From a virus: 64,000 bases of DNA. How positions within the stretch are numbered: the stretch's first letter is position 1; every line of letters starts with the position of its first letter. Location: the IMG/VR virus record IMGVR_UViG_3300027997_000002; one strand, written 5' to 3'. The notes below the pieces were generated by a model. It saw only the letters and a list, made by a program, of their open reading frames with translations. It had not been told where the DNA came from and ran no database searches. Shown in pieces: positions 43,627-53,471 of the stretch. A program made the translations under genes and the position numbers.

Positions 43627-43809
43627 GTGTCGAGTCGCGCGGAGAAGAGCCTCGTGGCCCTGGTCGTCGGGATCCCGATTGCGCTCATCGTCGTAGGTGC
43701 CATCGGCGCCGCGAGCTCGAAGCGCAAGCTCAGGGTCTCCACCCTCCAAAAGGGTGAGCCGGAGCCCGATCCAGGGAAGCCTAAGATCCCGTTTCAGAGG
43801 GGGAGGTAG
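43627..43809 (+). CDS. Small single-TM protein
   Basis: LVALVVGIPIALIVVGAIGAA + KRK. Confidence 0.55.
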   Translation: MSSRAEKSLVALVVGIPIALIVVGAIGAASSKRKLRVSTLQKGEPEPDPGKPKIPFQRGR

Positions 43810-44877
43810 ATGGACCCCTTTGGCCTCGTACCGATCGGTGGATTTCTGCTCGCCGCGTGGCTCGGCCGCAAGCGTCGCAAGCGTCCGCGGGTCGTCTCCG
43901 ATCTGCCCGACGTCATCGAGGACTGTCCGCCGTTTCCGTGGCGCAGCGAGCTGGTCAACGAGGCCATCGAGGCCGCCCTCGCGGCCGAGGTTTGCGATCC
44001 CGAGGAGATGAGCGCACACGTGGCCGACTTCGTCTACCCGGTGTGGCCTGCGGGCGACGCGATCTCGTGGCCCAAGGCTGAGCCCTGGATCCTCGACGAG
44101 GGGATGCCCGACTCGGTGCTGTGCCTGTGGGAGCGTATTCGCCTGCGCGTACGGGCCAAGATCGCAACTCTCGAGGATGCGCTTTGCCCGAATCCAGGTC
44201 CGCGCGAAGGGATCGACTACGCCGAGCTCGCGGACGCGTGGGACTCCGGCGACGTCCCCCGCACAGCACGCTGGTACCAAGCGCATGCGCCCGGCGAGTC
44301 GTCGTGGACCGAGGTCGAGAGCATGGCCAATGTGGCCCGGGAGGCGCTCGCCGCCGCCCTCATCGAGGCCGGCCACGAAGCCGAGCTCGTCGACCAGGTC
44401 GACAAGAACGGGAGCCCATTTAGGGTGATCGCCATGATGAACGTCATCGAGTGCGCACCGATCAACGACGCACTCCTGGCGAGCCCCAAGTCCGAGCTCG
44501 GGACCAATCAAAACCCCGGCCTCGGCCACTGGGCGCCCCACAACCGAGGCATCTCGTTCAACCGCGTCCACGCCGACAACCGCGACCGCATGCGCAACGG
44601 GAACACGCCGCAGCGCGCGGTCACGAACGGCGGACGCGACAACGGACGCTACGCCGAGCACAACGGCCAAGGCGGCTTCCTGCCCACGATGTGGATCCCG
44701 CTGCTCGATCTCGAGCGCCTGGCAGCGTCGCCCAACGACATCGTTCCCCAGCGAAACGCATGGCCCAACGGTCTGAGCGGGAGCTGGCCACCGACCGAGT
44801 TCATCGAGCTCGGTACCCAAAATGTACCCGTCGGGTCCTGGGGCTGCGAGCCCGAGCGATCCGCACTGCCCGCGTAG
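43810..44877 (+). CDS. Single-pass virion membrane protein (extended WPP family)
   Basis: TM + RKRRKR; EDCPPFPW; YPVWP...SWP. Confidence 0.65.
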   Translation: MDPFGLVPIGGFLLAAWLGRKRRKRPRVVSDLPDVIEDCPPFPWRSELVNEAIEAALAAEVCDPEEMSAHVADFVYPVWPAGDAISWPKAEPWILDEGMPDSVLCLWERIRLRVRAKIATLEDALCPNPGPREGIDYAELADAWDSGDVPRTARWYQAHAPGESSWTEVESMANVAREALAAALIEAGHEAELVDQVDKNGSPFRVIAMMNVIECAPINDALLASPKSELGTNQNPGLGHWAPHNRGISFNRVHADNRDRMRNGNTPQRAVTNGGRDNGRYAEHNGQGGFLPTMWIPLLDLERLAASPNDIVPQRNAWPNGLSGSWPPTEFIELGTQNVPVGSWGCEPERSALPA

Positions 44878-44887
44878 GAGGAGACCA

Positions 44888-45139
44888 ATGAAACTAGGAG
44901 GAGCAACAGGCGGCTTTATGCCGCGCAGAAAGACGAAGCCCCAGCCCGGCGACGTCCCGATGACGCTCAAGCAGCTGAGCCAACTCGGCCATGTCCACGA
45001 GGGGGACTGGACTCTCAAGATGTTCCAGGGTCAATGGGTCGCGATCGGTCTCGATGGCCGAGTCGGTCTCGGAGCGACCAAAGAAGAGGCGATCGTCAAC
45101 GCAGGAGGAAAGGCAAATGGCACCGATCGGAAGACGTAA
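44888..45139 (+). CDS. Small protein with beta3-alpha module
   Basis: WTLKMFQGQWVAIG...GATKEEAI. Confidence 0.5.
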   Translation: MKLGGATGGFMPRRKTKPQPGDVPMTLKQLSQLGHVHEGDWTLKMFQGQWVAIGLDGRVGLGATKEEAIVNAGGKANGTDRKT

Positions 45140-45370
45140 CACCGCGCCTGCATCCAGGCAGAAGCCCAAGCCCAAGCCTGGACTGGTGCCGAAACCGGTA
45201 CCGTGTCCCCCCGGGTACACCAGGAAATGTACCTGTGAACGCCTCCCGAGGCTTCCCGGACCACCGGCTGGGCTCAAAACGATTCGTCAACCCAGCTAGA
45301 TGAAACCGTCAAACCAACAAAGGAGCAGGAGGAAAAGCAAATGGCACCGATCGGAAGACAACGTAACACC
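45101..45370 (+). repeat. Direct repeat of RBS + first codons (~43 bp)
   Basis: GCAGGAGGAAA(G/A)GCAAATGGCACCGATCGGAAGAC at 45101-35 and 45325-59, continuing GTAACACC. Confidence 0.85.
45117..45299 (+). CDS. Small basic Cys peptide (MAPIGR paralog 1)
   Basis: CPPGYTRKCTC. Confidence 0.55.
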   Translation: MAPIGRRNTAPASRQKPKPKPGLVPKPVPCPPGYTRKCTCERLPRLPGPPAGLKTIRQPS

Positions 45371-45544
45371 ACCACCAATCGCACTGCACCCAAGGGCCGA
45401 GTCGGCTACTACGGGCTTCGTCGGTCGCGCTTCAAGATGAAGACGAAGCGACAGACCGTCCGCAGTCCAGGGAGACTCTCTCTCGGGCAGTGCGCAGCCG
45501 GATGGTACTGGAACAAGAGTTCCGGCCGGTGCGAGAAGGCCTAG
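45341..45544 (+). CDS. Small basic Cys peptide (MAPIGR paralog 2)
   Basis: CAAGWYWNKSSGRC. Confidence 0.6.
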   Translation: MAPIGRQRNTTTNRTAPKGRVGYYGLRRSRFKMKTKRQTVRSPGRLSLGQCAAGWYWNKSSGRCEKA

Positions 45545-45750
45545 TGGTACCGCTAGGAAGAGGGCGACCAAACGGCCGCGTGGGCCAGGTGGTCCCGCGG
45601 TCGCCACCCATACTCGGTCGGCGGCGCCATGGCAGGCTCAAGTGCCCGAAGGGGTCCGTTTGGAGCCACAGGTTGAAGCAATGCGTCTACAAGTTGCGGT
45701 TGCCGCTAGGGCTGCAGGCCCAACCGAAACCGGAGCCGGGCGGTCCATAG
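45544..45750 (+). CDS. Small basic Cys peptide (MVPLGR paralog 3)
   Basis: GTG overlapping TAG; CPKGSVWSHRLKQC. Confidence 0.5.
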   Translation: MVPLGRGRPNGRVGQVVPRSPPILGRRRHGRLKCPKGSVWSHRLKQCVYKLRLPLGLQAQPKPEPGGP

Positions 45751-45759
45751 GAAACAGCC

Positions 45760-46167
45760 ATGATCACCGTCGTTCAAACAGTCGCCGGCGCCTCCCAGTT
45801 CACTGGGCTGGCAGGTGCCGGTCTCATCGACTTCGCCGAGCTCGCGCTGGCCGGGGAGGGCGAGAGCGGCATCGTCTATAACCTTGCGCTCAAGTGGACC
45901 GACGGAGGCGCGGTCGCGGGGACGACGATCAACTGCTTCTTCCAGCGTCCTGGCGGCGGCCCGACCGAGCGGCTGCAGGTGACCACGAGAGGTCCTCTCG
46001 TCGACACGGCCGGCTTCGAGCTGGCGGGCTGTCGGATCATCGTGCCAAGGGAGTTTCCTGGGCTCGGGACGATCTGGCCCCTGCAGCTCATCACGACCGG
46101 CAAGACCGTCGACGCCAGCCTCATCATTAGCTTCGGGAAGGGACGAGTCGAGACAGGACCAGGCTGA
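45760..46167 (+). CDS. Small beta-sandwich (penton/jelly-roll-like) structural protein
   Basis: 135 aa, all-beta pattern. Confidence 0.5.
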   Translation: MITVVQTVAGASQFTGLAGAGLIDFAELALAGEGESGIVYNLALKWTDGGAVAGTTINCFFQRPGGGPTERLQVTTRGPLVDTAGFELAGCRIIVPREFPGLGTIWPLQLITTGKTVDASLIISFGKGRVETGPG

Positions 46168-46922
46168 TGCTTCGATTGACCAAACGACAGGAGGCCAGAC
46201 GGCGCCGCGACGAGCGCAAGCGTCGTGTGGCCCGTGGTGTTCCTGACGGCGAGCTTCGTCCGCATGCGGTGGAGTTTCGCTACCAGGGCCAAATGGTGGC
46301 GATGCTGACTGCCGGCATCAACGACCACATCACCGGTCAGATCATCGGCAAGAAGCGCTTCTACGAACTGGACCTGCTCGAGAGAATCCGTGCGCTCGGC
46401 ATCAAGGGGCTCTACGTCGACGTCGGCGCACACATCGGAAACCACTCGGTCTACTTCGCCAGGTACTGCCCCGCTACCCATGTCATCGCCGTCGAGGCCG
46501 ATCCGGAACTAGCAAAAATCTGCCAAGACAACCTGCAGGGATGCAGAGCGCATTGCGACACGACCTTTGAGACAGTTCCGTACGCCTGCTACGACGGGCT
46601 ACCGGTCAAGATCGTGCGTCACAAGATCAGGAACACTGGCATGCAGTCCGTGCAGACCGATTGGGACGGCCGTCCATCCAAAACACTAGCCGACATCCTT
46701 GGTGGCCGCGTACCCGCGGTCGTCAAGATCGACATCGAAGGCGGCGAGCCCGTCGTGCTCTGGGATGCGCTGCCGCTTCTGCGTGAGCACACGCCGCTCC
46801 TGGTCATCGAGTCGCGCACCGGTGCGGAATACAGTGACACCGAAGACAAGCTCCGCGAGCTGGGCTACCGGTCCGAGGGCCCCTACGCCTTGACCCCAAC
46901 CTACATCTGGAGGGCCGCATGA
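46167..46922 (+). CDS. FkbM-family O-methyltransferase
   Basis: YVDVGAHIGNHS, VEAD, VVKIDIEGGE. Confidence 0.85.
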   Translation: MLRLTKRQEARRRRDERKRRVARGVPDGELRPHAVEFRYQGQMVAMLTAGINDHITGQIIGKKRFYELDLLERIRALGIKGLYVDVGAHIGNHSVYFARYCPATHVIAVEADPELAKICQDNLQGCRAHCDTTFETVPYACYDGLPVKIVRHKIRNTGMQSVQTDWDGRPSKTLADILGGRVPAVVKIDIEGGEPVVLWDALPLLREHTPLLVIESRTGAEYSDTEDKLRELGYRSEGPYALTPTYIWRAA

Positions 46923-47656
46923 GCCTGCAGTTCTATCAAGACTACCGAGGCGACCTCGGCGACCTGCTCGAAGCCTGGAAGGCCAAGGAGCCGTTCGCAT
47001 TCACCCGCTTCGGCGACGGCGAGGCCGCGGTGCTCATCCGTCGCGAGCAGGCGGGCTATCCGCCGTTCATCGTCGAGCGCGCGAGCGAGCGCTGGCGCAG
47101 CGACCAGGTGCCCGAGAGCTTCCGCGAGCTGCTCGACCAGGCGCTGCGCTGCGATGCCGAGGGGTACTACCTCGGACTCCTGGGGCGCCGTGGACCAGAG
47201 GACCCGCACGCGATCTACTTGCACGAGAGCGCTGGCGTTCCCATGGAGCGGCGGACCTTCGCGGAGATCTTCTCCTACAACAACTACCACCGCATGCCTG
47301 TGCCGAAGCGGATGGCCAAGGACACGTGCATCGTCACGTCGAGCCCGATCCCCGACAACGAGGGGTACACGAGCTTGCTCATCCCAACCGAGGATGCGTA
47401 TGAGCTCGACCCCAAGGACACCGTCGAGGCACTGCTCGAAGTTGATCGGCCCATCTTGGTGGCGGCAGGACCACTCGCCAACGTGATCGTCCACCAGTAC
47501 TGGCTCGCCCAGACGCCGTCTCGCCGCCAGCCGATTATCGACATCGGCTCGGCGCTCGACCCGTGGATTCACGGCAGCATCACGCGCGGCTACCAGCACC
47601 CGAAAAACGCCCACCGCAAGCGCGAGTACGTCTGGCACTGGAAGGAGACCGCATGA
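46919..47656 (+). CDS. GT-D-fold (DUF1792-like) glycosyltransferase-related protein
   Basis: FAFTRFGDGE, LVAAGPLA, IIDIGSALD. Confidence 0.65.
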   Translation: MSLQFYQDYRGDLGDLLEAWKAKEPFAFTRFGDGEAAVLIRREQAGYPPFIVERASERWRSDQVPESFRELLDQALRCDAEGYYLGLLGRRGPEDPHAIYLHESAGVPMERRTFAEIFSYNNYHRMPVPKRMAKDTCIVTSSPIPDNEGYTSLLIPTEDAYELDPKDTVEALLEVDRPILVAAGPLANVIVHQYWLAQTPSRRQPIIDIGSALDPWIHGSITRGYQHPKNAHRKREYVWHWKETA

Positions 47657-49539
47657 GCTTTTGCTGCGGGATCAACAGTCTTGCCGGCGGCGGCGGCGGC
47701 GTAGCTGCGGCGTGGGATGCCGTCTTGGCCGTGGGCAACACGTCAGGCGGCACCGATGCGGTCATGACCTCCGGCGACGACCTCGCCGGTGAGGACACGG
47801 CAGCCGCTGGGCCGGCTGGCCCGATCGTGGTGCGTGGCGGCGACCACTCGGGCGTCGCGGCCGGGGACGACGGTGGCTCCGGGCTGTTCCGAGCTGGCGA
47901 TGCAGGTCTCGGCGGAGCAAGCTTCTCGACAGGCGGCGATCTGACGGTCCGAGCCGGTGACCTGTTCAGCACCGGCAACAACCGCGGCGGCAACGCTGTC
48001 TTCCGCTCCGGCGAGGGCAACTTGGCGAGCACGGCCGAGTTTGCGGCGGGGACCGTCCATTCCGGCAATGTAGGCGGCCTGGCCACGTTCCACGGCGGAG
48101 ACAACGACAGCACGGGAGGCGCGGGCGATACCTTTGTGCGAGGCGGCGACGCCGTCCTCGGCAGCAGCAACGACATCGGCAGCGATACGGCGGTCGCAGG
48201 TGGGCGAGGGCGCCTCATCGCGGACGGCGGCGACCTGTTCCTGCGCAGCGGCCTCCCGGTAACGTCGAGTTCGTCGGGCGACGTTCGCCTCACGACCAAC
48301 GTCACCACCGCACTTGGTCCGAGCCCCAGTGGGGGCAACACCGGCAGTTCAAGCGGCGACATCGACATCGACACGGTCGGCACGGGCAGCATCGCGCCGA
48401 ACACCGGCACCATCAACATCCAGACGGGCGACGTGCCCGTGGGCGCGACCGGAGGGACAGGCCCCGGCCAGATCACGCTGGCCTGCGGAAGCCTCGCCAA
48501 CACGGGGCAGTCCTTCGTCGACGCTGGCGGCATGACGTTCACCGGCGGCGACAATGCAGGGGCGACCTCGGCCCCGGCTGGCGGCTTTCTCTTCACAGGA
48601 GGCGCCCAGACCGGAACAGGAACGGGCACGAACAGCCCCTCGGGCAGCTTCACTGTCACCCTACAAAACAGTGCGCACAACGCCGCGACGTCAGGCGGCG
48701 GCTCGATCGCGCTGTCGGCAGCCCCCTCGAGTTCGGTGAACGGACCCGGCGGTAACGTCACTGCCACTGCCGGCGACATCACGAATGCCGCGGCGGTCGG
48801 GCCAGCCGGCAGTGTCACAGTGACGGCCGGTTCTGTGACGAACGCCGGCAGCGGCGCCGACGGTGGCAGCATCAACCTCGATGCGGGCACCGCCGCTGGT
48901 GCTGGCATCACAGGAGACGTCTTCTGCAATACCCGAATGGGTGTTACTGGAGCCGATCCAGCAAATGCTGACGCCGCCGCCGACGATTTTGTTATCGGAA
49001 CGACGGCGCTGGCGAATGCGGGCCTGACGATCCAGGGAGCCGTCGGCACAGTCGCGTTTGCCGATGCGGCGCTCGCCGATCCGGGCCGCTGGACCTACAC
49101 ACACACGTCCAACCGGATGACGTGGGTCGTCAACAACAACGCGCGCATGCGGTTGTCCGGTACTGTGCTCACCCCGAACGCTGCCGGAGGGACCTCCCTC
49201 GGTGACTCCACGATCCCGTGGGGCAACGTCTTTCACCAGTCCCAAAACGTCGCCACCCAGACGACAGCCGGCGTTGGCGTCATCCTGGACGCGACCGACT
49301 ACCTGCTCACCGTAACCGGCGCGGCTGCCGTCACACTCCCGGCCAGCGCGGCTGCGACCGAAGGTCGCGTCTACGCAGTCGACAACCAGCAACTCGCGGC
49401 CAGCACGACCGTCTCGCCTGTCGGCGCGGATACCATCAATGGGGCCGGTGCCGGGGTGACGATCGGCTCGGCCGCGGTCGCGATGTTCATCCTGCTCGGT
49501 ACCAACTGGAGCTCATGGGAGGCTCCGCACACAACATGA
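47653..49539 (+). CDS. Glycine-rich fibre/spike protein
   Basis: 628 aa; ~15 GG-hydrophobic-x-hydrophobic-x-x-G repeats; C-terminal AVTLPASAAATEGRVYAV...GADTING head. Confidence 0.75.
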   Translation: MSFCCGINSLAGGGGGVAAAWDAVLAVGNTSGGTDAVMTSGDDLAGEDTAAAGPAGPIVVRGGDHSGVAAGDDGGSGLFRAGDAGLGGASFSTGGDLTVRAGDLFSTGNNRGGNAVFRSGEGNLASTAEFAAGTVHSGNVGGLATFHGGDNDSTGGAGDTFVRGGDAVLGSSNDIGSDTAVAGGRGRLIADGGDLFLRSGLPVTSSSSGDVRLTTNVTTALGPSPSGGNTGSSSGDIDIDTVGTGSIAPNTGTINIQTGDVPVGATGGTGPGQITLACGSLANTGQSFVDAGGMTFTGGDNAGATSAPAGGFLFTGGAQTGTGTGTNSPSGSFTVTLQNSAHNAATSGGGSIALSAAPSSSVNGPGGNVTATAGDITNAAAVGPAGSVTVTAGSVTNAGSGADGGSINLDAGTAAGAGITGDVFCNTRMGVTGADPANADAAADDFVIGTTALANAGLTIQGAVGTVAFADAALADPGRWTYTHTSNRMTWVVNNNARMRLSGTVLTPNAAGGTSLGDSTIPWGNVFHQSQNVATQTTAGVGVILDATDYLLTVTGAAAVTLPASAAATEGRVYAVDNQQLAASTTVSPVGADTINGAGAGVTIGSAAVAMFILLGTNWSSWEAPHTT

Positions 49540-50042
49540 TCTCGCCCTACTATAAGGAGTCCGATGCCACCCTCGAGGTCGATCTCGCCGACGTGGATCT
49601 TGGGGACGTGGAGATGGTCGATGCAATCCGGCAGCTTAGACACATTGCTAGGCTTCACCGGAACAAGCGCAACTGTCTACGCGAGCTCGCCACATGGCTA
49701 AAGGCGAGAAATAAGGTGGTCGACCCTGAGCCTGAGGCCGTCGACACTAGCGAGATGGATAAGGAGGGAGCCAAGGCAGCCGAGCGCGCTGCGATTGCAA
49801 GGCAGGCCGAGCGAGAGGCGGCCAGGGCTCTCCGAAAGGTTGCCCTTGAGGCAGCGGATGCGGACCGGATCAAGTCGGAGGGGGCCGAGCGCGTTGCGAT
49901 TGCGACCCAGGCCGAGCGAGAGGCGGCTGAGGCGGCGGCGAAAGCAGCGAACGACAAGGCCAGAGCTGCTGCCGCTGCGCTCGAAGAGAAGAAGGCCGAA
50001 GAGCGGCTCCGAGCTCGCGTCGGGAGGCCACGCGAGGAATGA
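49536..50042 (+). CDS. Ala/Glu/Arg coiled-coil protein
   Basis: AAERAAIA/AEREAA repeats. Confidence 0.6.
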   Translation: MISPYYKESDATLEVDLADVDLGDVEMVDAIRQLRHIARLHRNKRNCLRELATWLKARNKVVDPEPEAVDTSEMDKEGAKAAERAAIARQAEREAARALRKVALEAADADRIKSEGAERVAIATQAEREAAEAAAKAANDKARAAAAALEEKKAEERLRARVGRPREE

Positions 50043-50467
50043 GCTGGAAGAGGCGAGAGCCCAAGGTTCTGAAACGAAAGCGAAAGTCCATGAAGATCCA
50101 TCTCAATCGAGTTGCTGTACGCAGAAACGGCGAGCCCATTCTCAAGAAGAAGCTCGACGACCAGGGCGACGAAGACACGCCCAAGGGAGATCCGATGACG
50201 GTCGGCGAGCTGATCTTCAGGGCCATCGAGGAGGCACCCACGCCGCCCAACAACACCGCGGTCAAGGTCTACCGCGAGCGCAACAAGTTCCTCGACCGTC
50301 TCGATGGGTGCGAGGACGACGGTCAGATCGACGTCGACGTCACCGAGGTCGACATGATCGAGGAGTGCGTGGCCAAGTACTTCCAGGCCCGCATCGCGGT
50401 GCCTCTCCTCAAGCAGATCCACTGGGAGTCTCCCAAGCTGGAGAAAGTCGAAGGAGGCGGCGACTAG
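50039..50467 (+). CDS. Hypothetical protein (possible fibre chaperone)
   Basis: Coupled; EVDMIEECVAKYF. Confidence 0.55.
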   Translation: MSWKRREPKVLKRKRKSMKIHLNRVAVRRNGEPILKKKLDDQGDEDTPKGDPMTVGELIFRAIEEAPTPPNNTAVKVYRERNKFLDRLDGCEDDGQIDVDVTEVDMIEECVAKYFQARIAVPLLKQIHWESPKLEKVEGGGD

Positions 50468-51979
50468 GTGGCGAATGTGCCCATCGTGCGTCGGGCGACG
50501 CGGATCCACGTCGTCGTCATGACCTACAACCGGACGGACACGGTTCGCCGGCTGTTGTCGGACGTGCTCGCGTGGGCCGACGACTACGAGGTCTCGGTCG
50601 CGGTCTACGACGATGCCTCGGACGAGGACTATTCCGAGATCGTGGCCATGTGCGAGCGCCAGGGCTTCGACTACGTGCGAGCTGGGCACAACCACGGCAA
50701 GCGCGGCTTCTGGCGGTGGGTCGGACGGATGTACAACGACCAGCGCAGCGTCGAATCCGACTTCTGGTACGTGGTCGCAGATGACTACCGGCTCTGCGAG
50801 GGCTTCTTCAAGCGCGCGATCAGCCTCTGGTCCAGAATCGCGTCGCGCCGCAAGGTGTGTTTGACGACAGTGCGCTGTCACCGGGCCCTCAAGGCCTCGT
50901 TCAACGAGGGCCATCAGGTCGAGCTCGGCGACGGCTGGATCAACTCGGGCTGGAACGACTGCTCCCAGTTCTCCGAAGAGTTCTTCTTCAAGGCCCTGGG
51001 CTATCGGGTGGCCGAGGTCAGCGACCGGCAGTGGCGCAAAAACTCCAAGCGCGGCTCGGGGGTAGGCGGCGCCGTGACGCGGCACCTGGCCGAGCGCAAC
51101 CTGGAGATGTACTGCGTCGAGGACTCGCTGGCTGTCCACGTCAACACGATCTCGGTGATGAATGACCCGAAGCTGCGCCGTGCCAATCCGCTGGGGGCCG
51201 AGCGATTCGTCGAGGGCGAGCGCATGCATGCGATCCTGGCCGAGCATGAGCCCGTTACGGCCCATATGGCGACGGTCCCCTGGCGTATTAGGCTTCTCGA
51301 ACAGACCGTCGACTCGCTCTACGATCACGTCGACAAGCTCTGCATCTACCTCAATGGCTACAAGCCCGGTGACAAGCTCCCCGTATGCGTGGGGCGTGAG
51401 CGCATCGAGACCAAGATCGATCCATCCAACGAGCTTGGCGACGCCGGCAAGTTCCACTGGGCCGGCCAGCACGGAGGCTACAACCTCCATTGCGATGACG
51501 ACATCGTCTACCCGCCCGACTACGTCCATCGGATGGTCCGGGCGATCGAACGGTACAAGCGTGAGGCCGTAGTCGGCATCCATGGGATTCTGCTCCCGGA
51601 AGAACCGACGGGATCGTACTACCGCAATCGCGCCGTCTTGCCCTGTCGCCACGAGCTCAAGGAGGACGCGCGCGTCAACATGCTGGGCACCGGAGTAATC
51701 GCCTACCACTCCAGCACGATCGATCTCTCGACCGAGGACTTTGCGTCCGCCAACATGGCGGACATCTGGATGGGGATCGCCGCGAAGCGCCAGAGCGTCC
51801 CCATGATGTGCCTGGCGCACGACGGCGGATGGATCGAGACCCTCAAGGACCCCAAGGGAGGGGACATCTACACCCGGTACAGCCAAAAGGACCAGGAACA
51901 GAGTCAACTCGTTCGCCAACATGGACCCTGGGAGCAGTTCGATGATCGTTTCAGAGAAGCTTCAGCTCCTGTTCATTGA
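50468..51979 (+). CDS. Two-domain GT-A glycosyltransferase
   Basis: VVVMTYNR...VYDDAS...VADDY, then second domain LGDAGKFHW...CDDDIVYPPDY...NMADIW. Confidence 0.85.
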   Translation: MANVPIVRRATRIHVVVMTYNRTDTVRRLLSDVLAWADDYEVSVAVYDDASDEDYSEIVAMCERQGFDYVRAGHNHGKRGFWRWVGRMYNDQRSVESDFWYVVADDYRLCEGFFKRAISLWSRIASRRKVCLTTVRCHRALKASFNEGHQVELGDGWINSGWNDCSQFSEEFFFKALGYRVAEVSDRQWRKNSKRGSGVGGAVTRHLAERNLEMYCVEDSLAVHVNTISVMNDPKLRRANPLGAERFVEGERMHAILAEHEPVTAHMATVPWRIRLLEQTVDSLYDHVDKLCIYLNGYKPGDKLPVCVGRERIETKIDPSNELGDAGKFHWAGQHGGYNLHCDDDIVYPPDYVHRMVRAIERYKREAVVGIHGILLPEEPTGSYYRNRAVLPCRHELKEDARVNMLGTGVIAYHSSTIDLSTEDFASANMADIWMGIAAKRQSVPMMCLAHDGGWIETLKDPKGGDIYTRYSQKDQEQSQLVRQHGPWEQFDDRFREASAPVH

Positions 51980-52526
51980 GGTCCCACGCACGGCCACGAC
52001 GTCGATGGCGGAGGTGCTGCTGACGTTGCCAGGCGCGATCCGCCTGTCCAGGGGCAAGACCTCCCACCACACCGAGATTCCGGTCAAGGAGTGGCGCGAG
52101 TTTTTCACGTTCGCGACCGTGCGCAATCCCTACGCGCGCGAGTACTCGGTCTACAGGCTGCGCCGGGACCACAAGATCGCGCGCAAGTGGAACCATGGGA
52201 CCGTCATCGCCGCCCAGACGATGGACTTCGAGGGTTACGTCAAGTGGCTGGGCCTTCGCAAGGGTCTCGAGTTCGACACGCCCATGGCCGAGTACCTGCG
52301 CCCGGTGCGAATCGACAAGCTCCTGCGATTCGAAGATCTCCCCGGTTGCTTCGAGGACCTCGACTTCGCCCGCGAGTTCAACCTGGAGCTTCCCAAGCTC
52401 AACACGATCATCGACGACCAGTGGCGCGAGGACTACACCGAGGCCATGGCCGATGCGGTGTGGGAGTATGCCCACGAGGACTTCGAGACCTTCGGCTACG
52501 AGCGCGACTCGTGGAGGGGAGCATGA
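51942..52526 (+). CDS. Sulfotransferase (Sulfotransfer_2 type)
   Basis: 5'-PSB FIEVPRTATTS, 3'-PB FATVRNPYAREYSVY, YAHEDFETFGY. Confidence 0.85.
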   Translation: MIVSEKLQLLFIEVPRTATTSMAEVLLTLPGAIRLSRGKTSHHTEIPVKEWREFFTFATVRNPYAREYSVYRLRRDHKIARKWNHGTVIAAQTMDFEGYVKWLGLRKGLEFDTPMAEYLRPVRIDKLLRFEDLPGCFEDLDFAREFNLELPKLNTIIDDQWREDYTEAMADAVWEYAHEDFETFGYERDSWRGA

Positions 52527-52733
52527 ATGGAAGACCTCCAGCTCGCGCGCGTCTACCTCGGCATCGCCAAGGGCACCCCGAAGGGCCACTGCCCGGCCAG
52601 ACGAGCCACCCAGGCCGCGGCGCATGGGTTCCACAGCCGCTCGATTCGGCTCGTCGACGAGGCTGTCGAGAAGTCCAAGGTGTGGGAACCTCTGCGCAAG
52701 GCCATCCACCAGTTCATCGAGGAACGAACCTGA
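52527..52733 (+). CDS. Small hypothetical protein
   Basis: TGA-ATG junction. Confidence 0.5.
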   Translation: MEDLQLARVYLGIAKGTPKGHCPARRATQAAAHGFHSRSIRLVDEAVEKSKVWEPLRKAIHQFIEERT

Positions 52734-52742
52734 GAGGCTGAC

Positions 52743-53471
52743 ATGCCAAACGGTCTACACGGATTCGAAGACAAACGCATCAACGTCGCCGCATTCACCA
52801 ACTCGATGCGGAGTCTCTACGATCTCGCGCCGAGCATGACCGCGCTGCTGGCGATCCTGGGGGTCCTTGTCGAGCTGACCGGCCGAATCACCGAGCTCCG
52901 GGGACAGATTATGATCCCGGCGCTCAACGAGATGCTCAAGCGCCAATGGGACCCCAGGATGACCGCGCTGCGGGCCGATCTGAACAGCATCATGGAGGAC
53001 GTCGGGACGCATCCCGACGAGTCGGACATTCCGATCTCCGAGCTCCGCGACAACATCGCGGGTGCGCTCCTGTACGGCAAGCACAAGGCCTACTGGGAGC
53101 CGGACCCCTGGATGCGTCAGATGGCGGTCGTGACCTGGGCAGCGAGCATGTGGAACCAACTACTCGAGGTCGCGCGCTTGAACGCGCAGACCATGCGCGA
53201 GTACCCGCCGGGATATATTGTCATTGCGGAGTCCATCATCATGGCCGAAAAGCAGCTCAGCGAGTCGGCGCCTGGGGAAGACCCCACGATACGGGACAAG
53301 ATCAGCGACGGTCTCGATGACATCGCCGACGGGGCCGAGGACCTGTTCAAGGCCATCGCCGCCGCCGCCAAGAAAGTCCTCCCGTACGTCGCACTCGGGA
53401 TAGGTGTCCTGGCGGGCCTCATCATCCTGACGCGAACCAAGCGTGTCAGCATTACCACGAGGGCCAAATGA
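52743..53471 (+). CDS. Helical protein with C-terminal TM anchor
   Basis: VLPYVALGIGVLAGLIIL + RTKR. Confidence 0.65.
   Translation: MPNGLHGFEDKRINVAAFTNSMRSLYDLAPSMTALLAILGVLVELTGRITELRGQIMIPALNEMLKRQWDPRMTALRADLNSIMEDVGTHPDESDIPISELRDNIAGALLYGKHKAYWEPDPWMRQMAVVTWAASMWNQLLEVARLNAQTMREYPPGYIVIAESIIMAEKQLSESAPGEDPTIRDKISDGLDDIADGAEDLFKAIAAAAKKVLPYVALGIGVLAGLIILTRTKRVSITTRAK

Noticed and set aside
47653-49539. Collagen-like protein
   Set aside because: Glycine-rich, but without a sustained Gly-X-Y period; the pattern is GG-hydrophobic beta/PGII-type repeats.
49655-51922. 755-aa minus-strand ORF, and similar long ORFs such as 54011-55771 (+), 43597-45018 (-), 5568-6875 (+), 24654-25823 (+)
   Set aside because: Shadow frames of GC3-biased real genes: Arg/Gly/Pro-rich or antisense composition, no motifs, fully overlapping well-supported CDSs.
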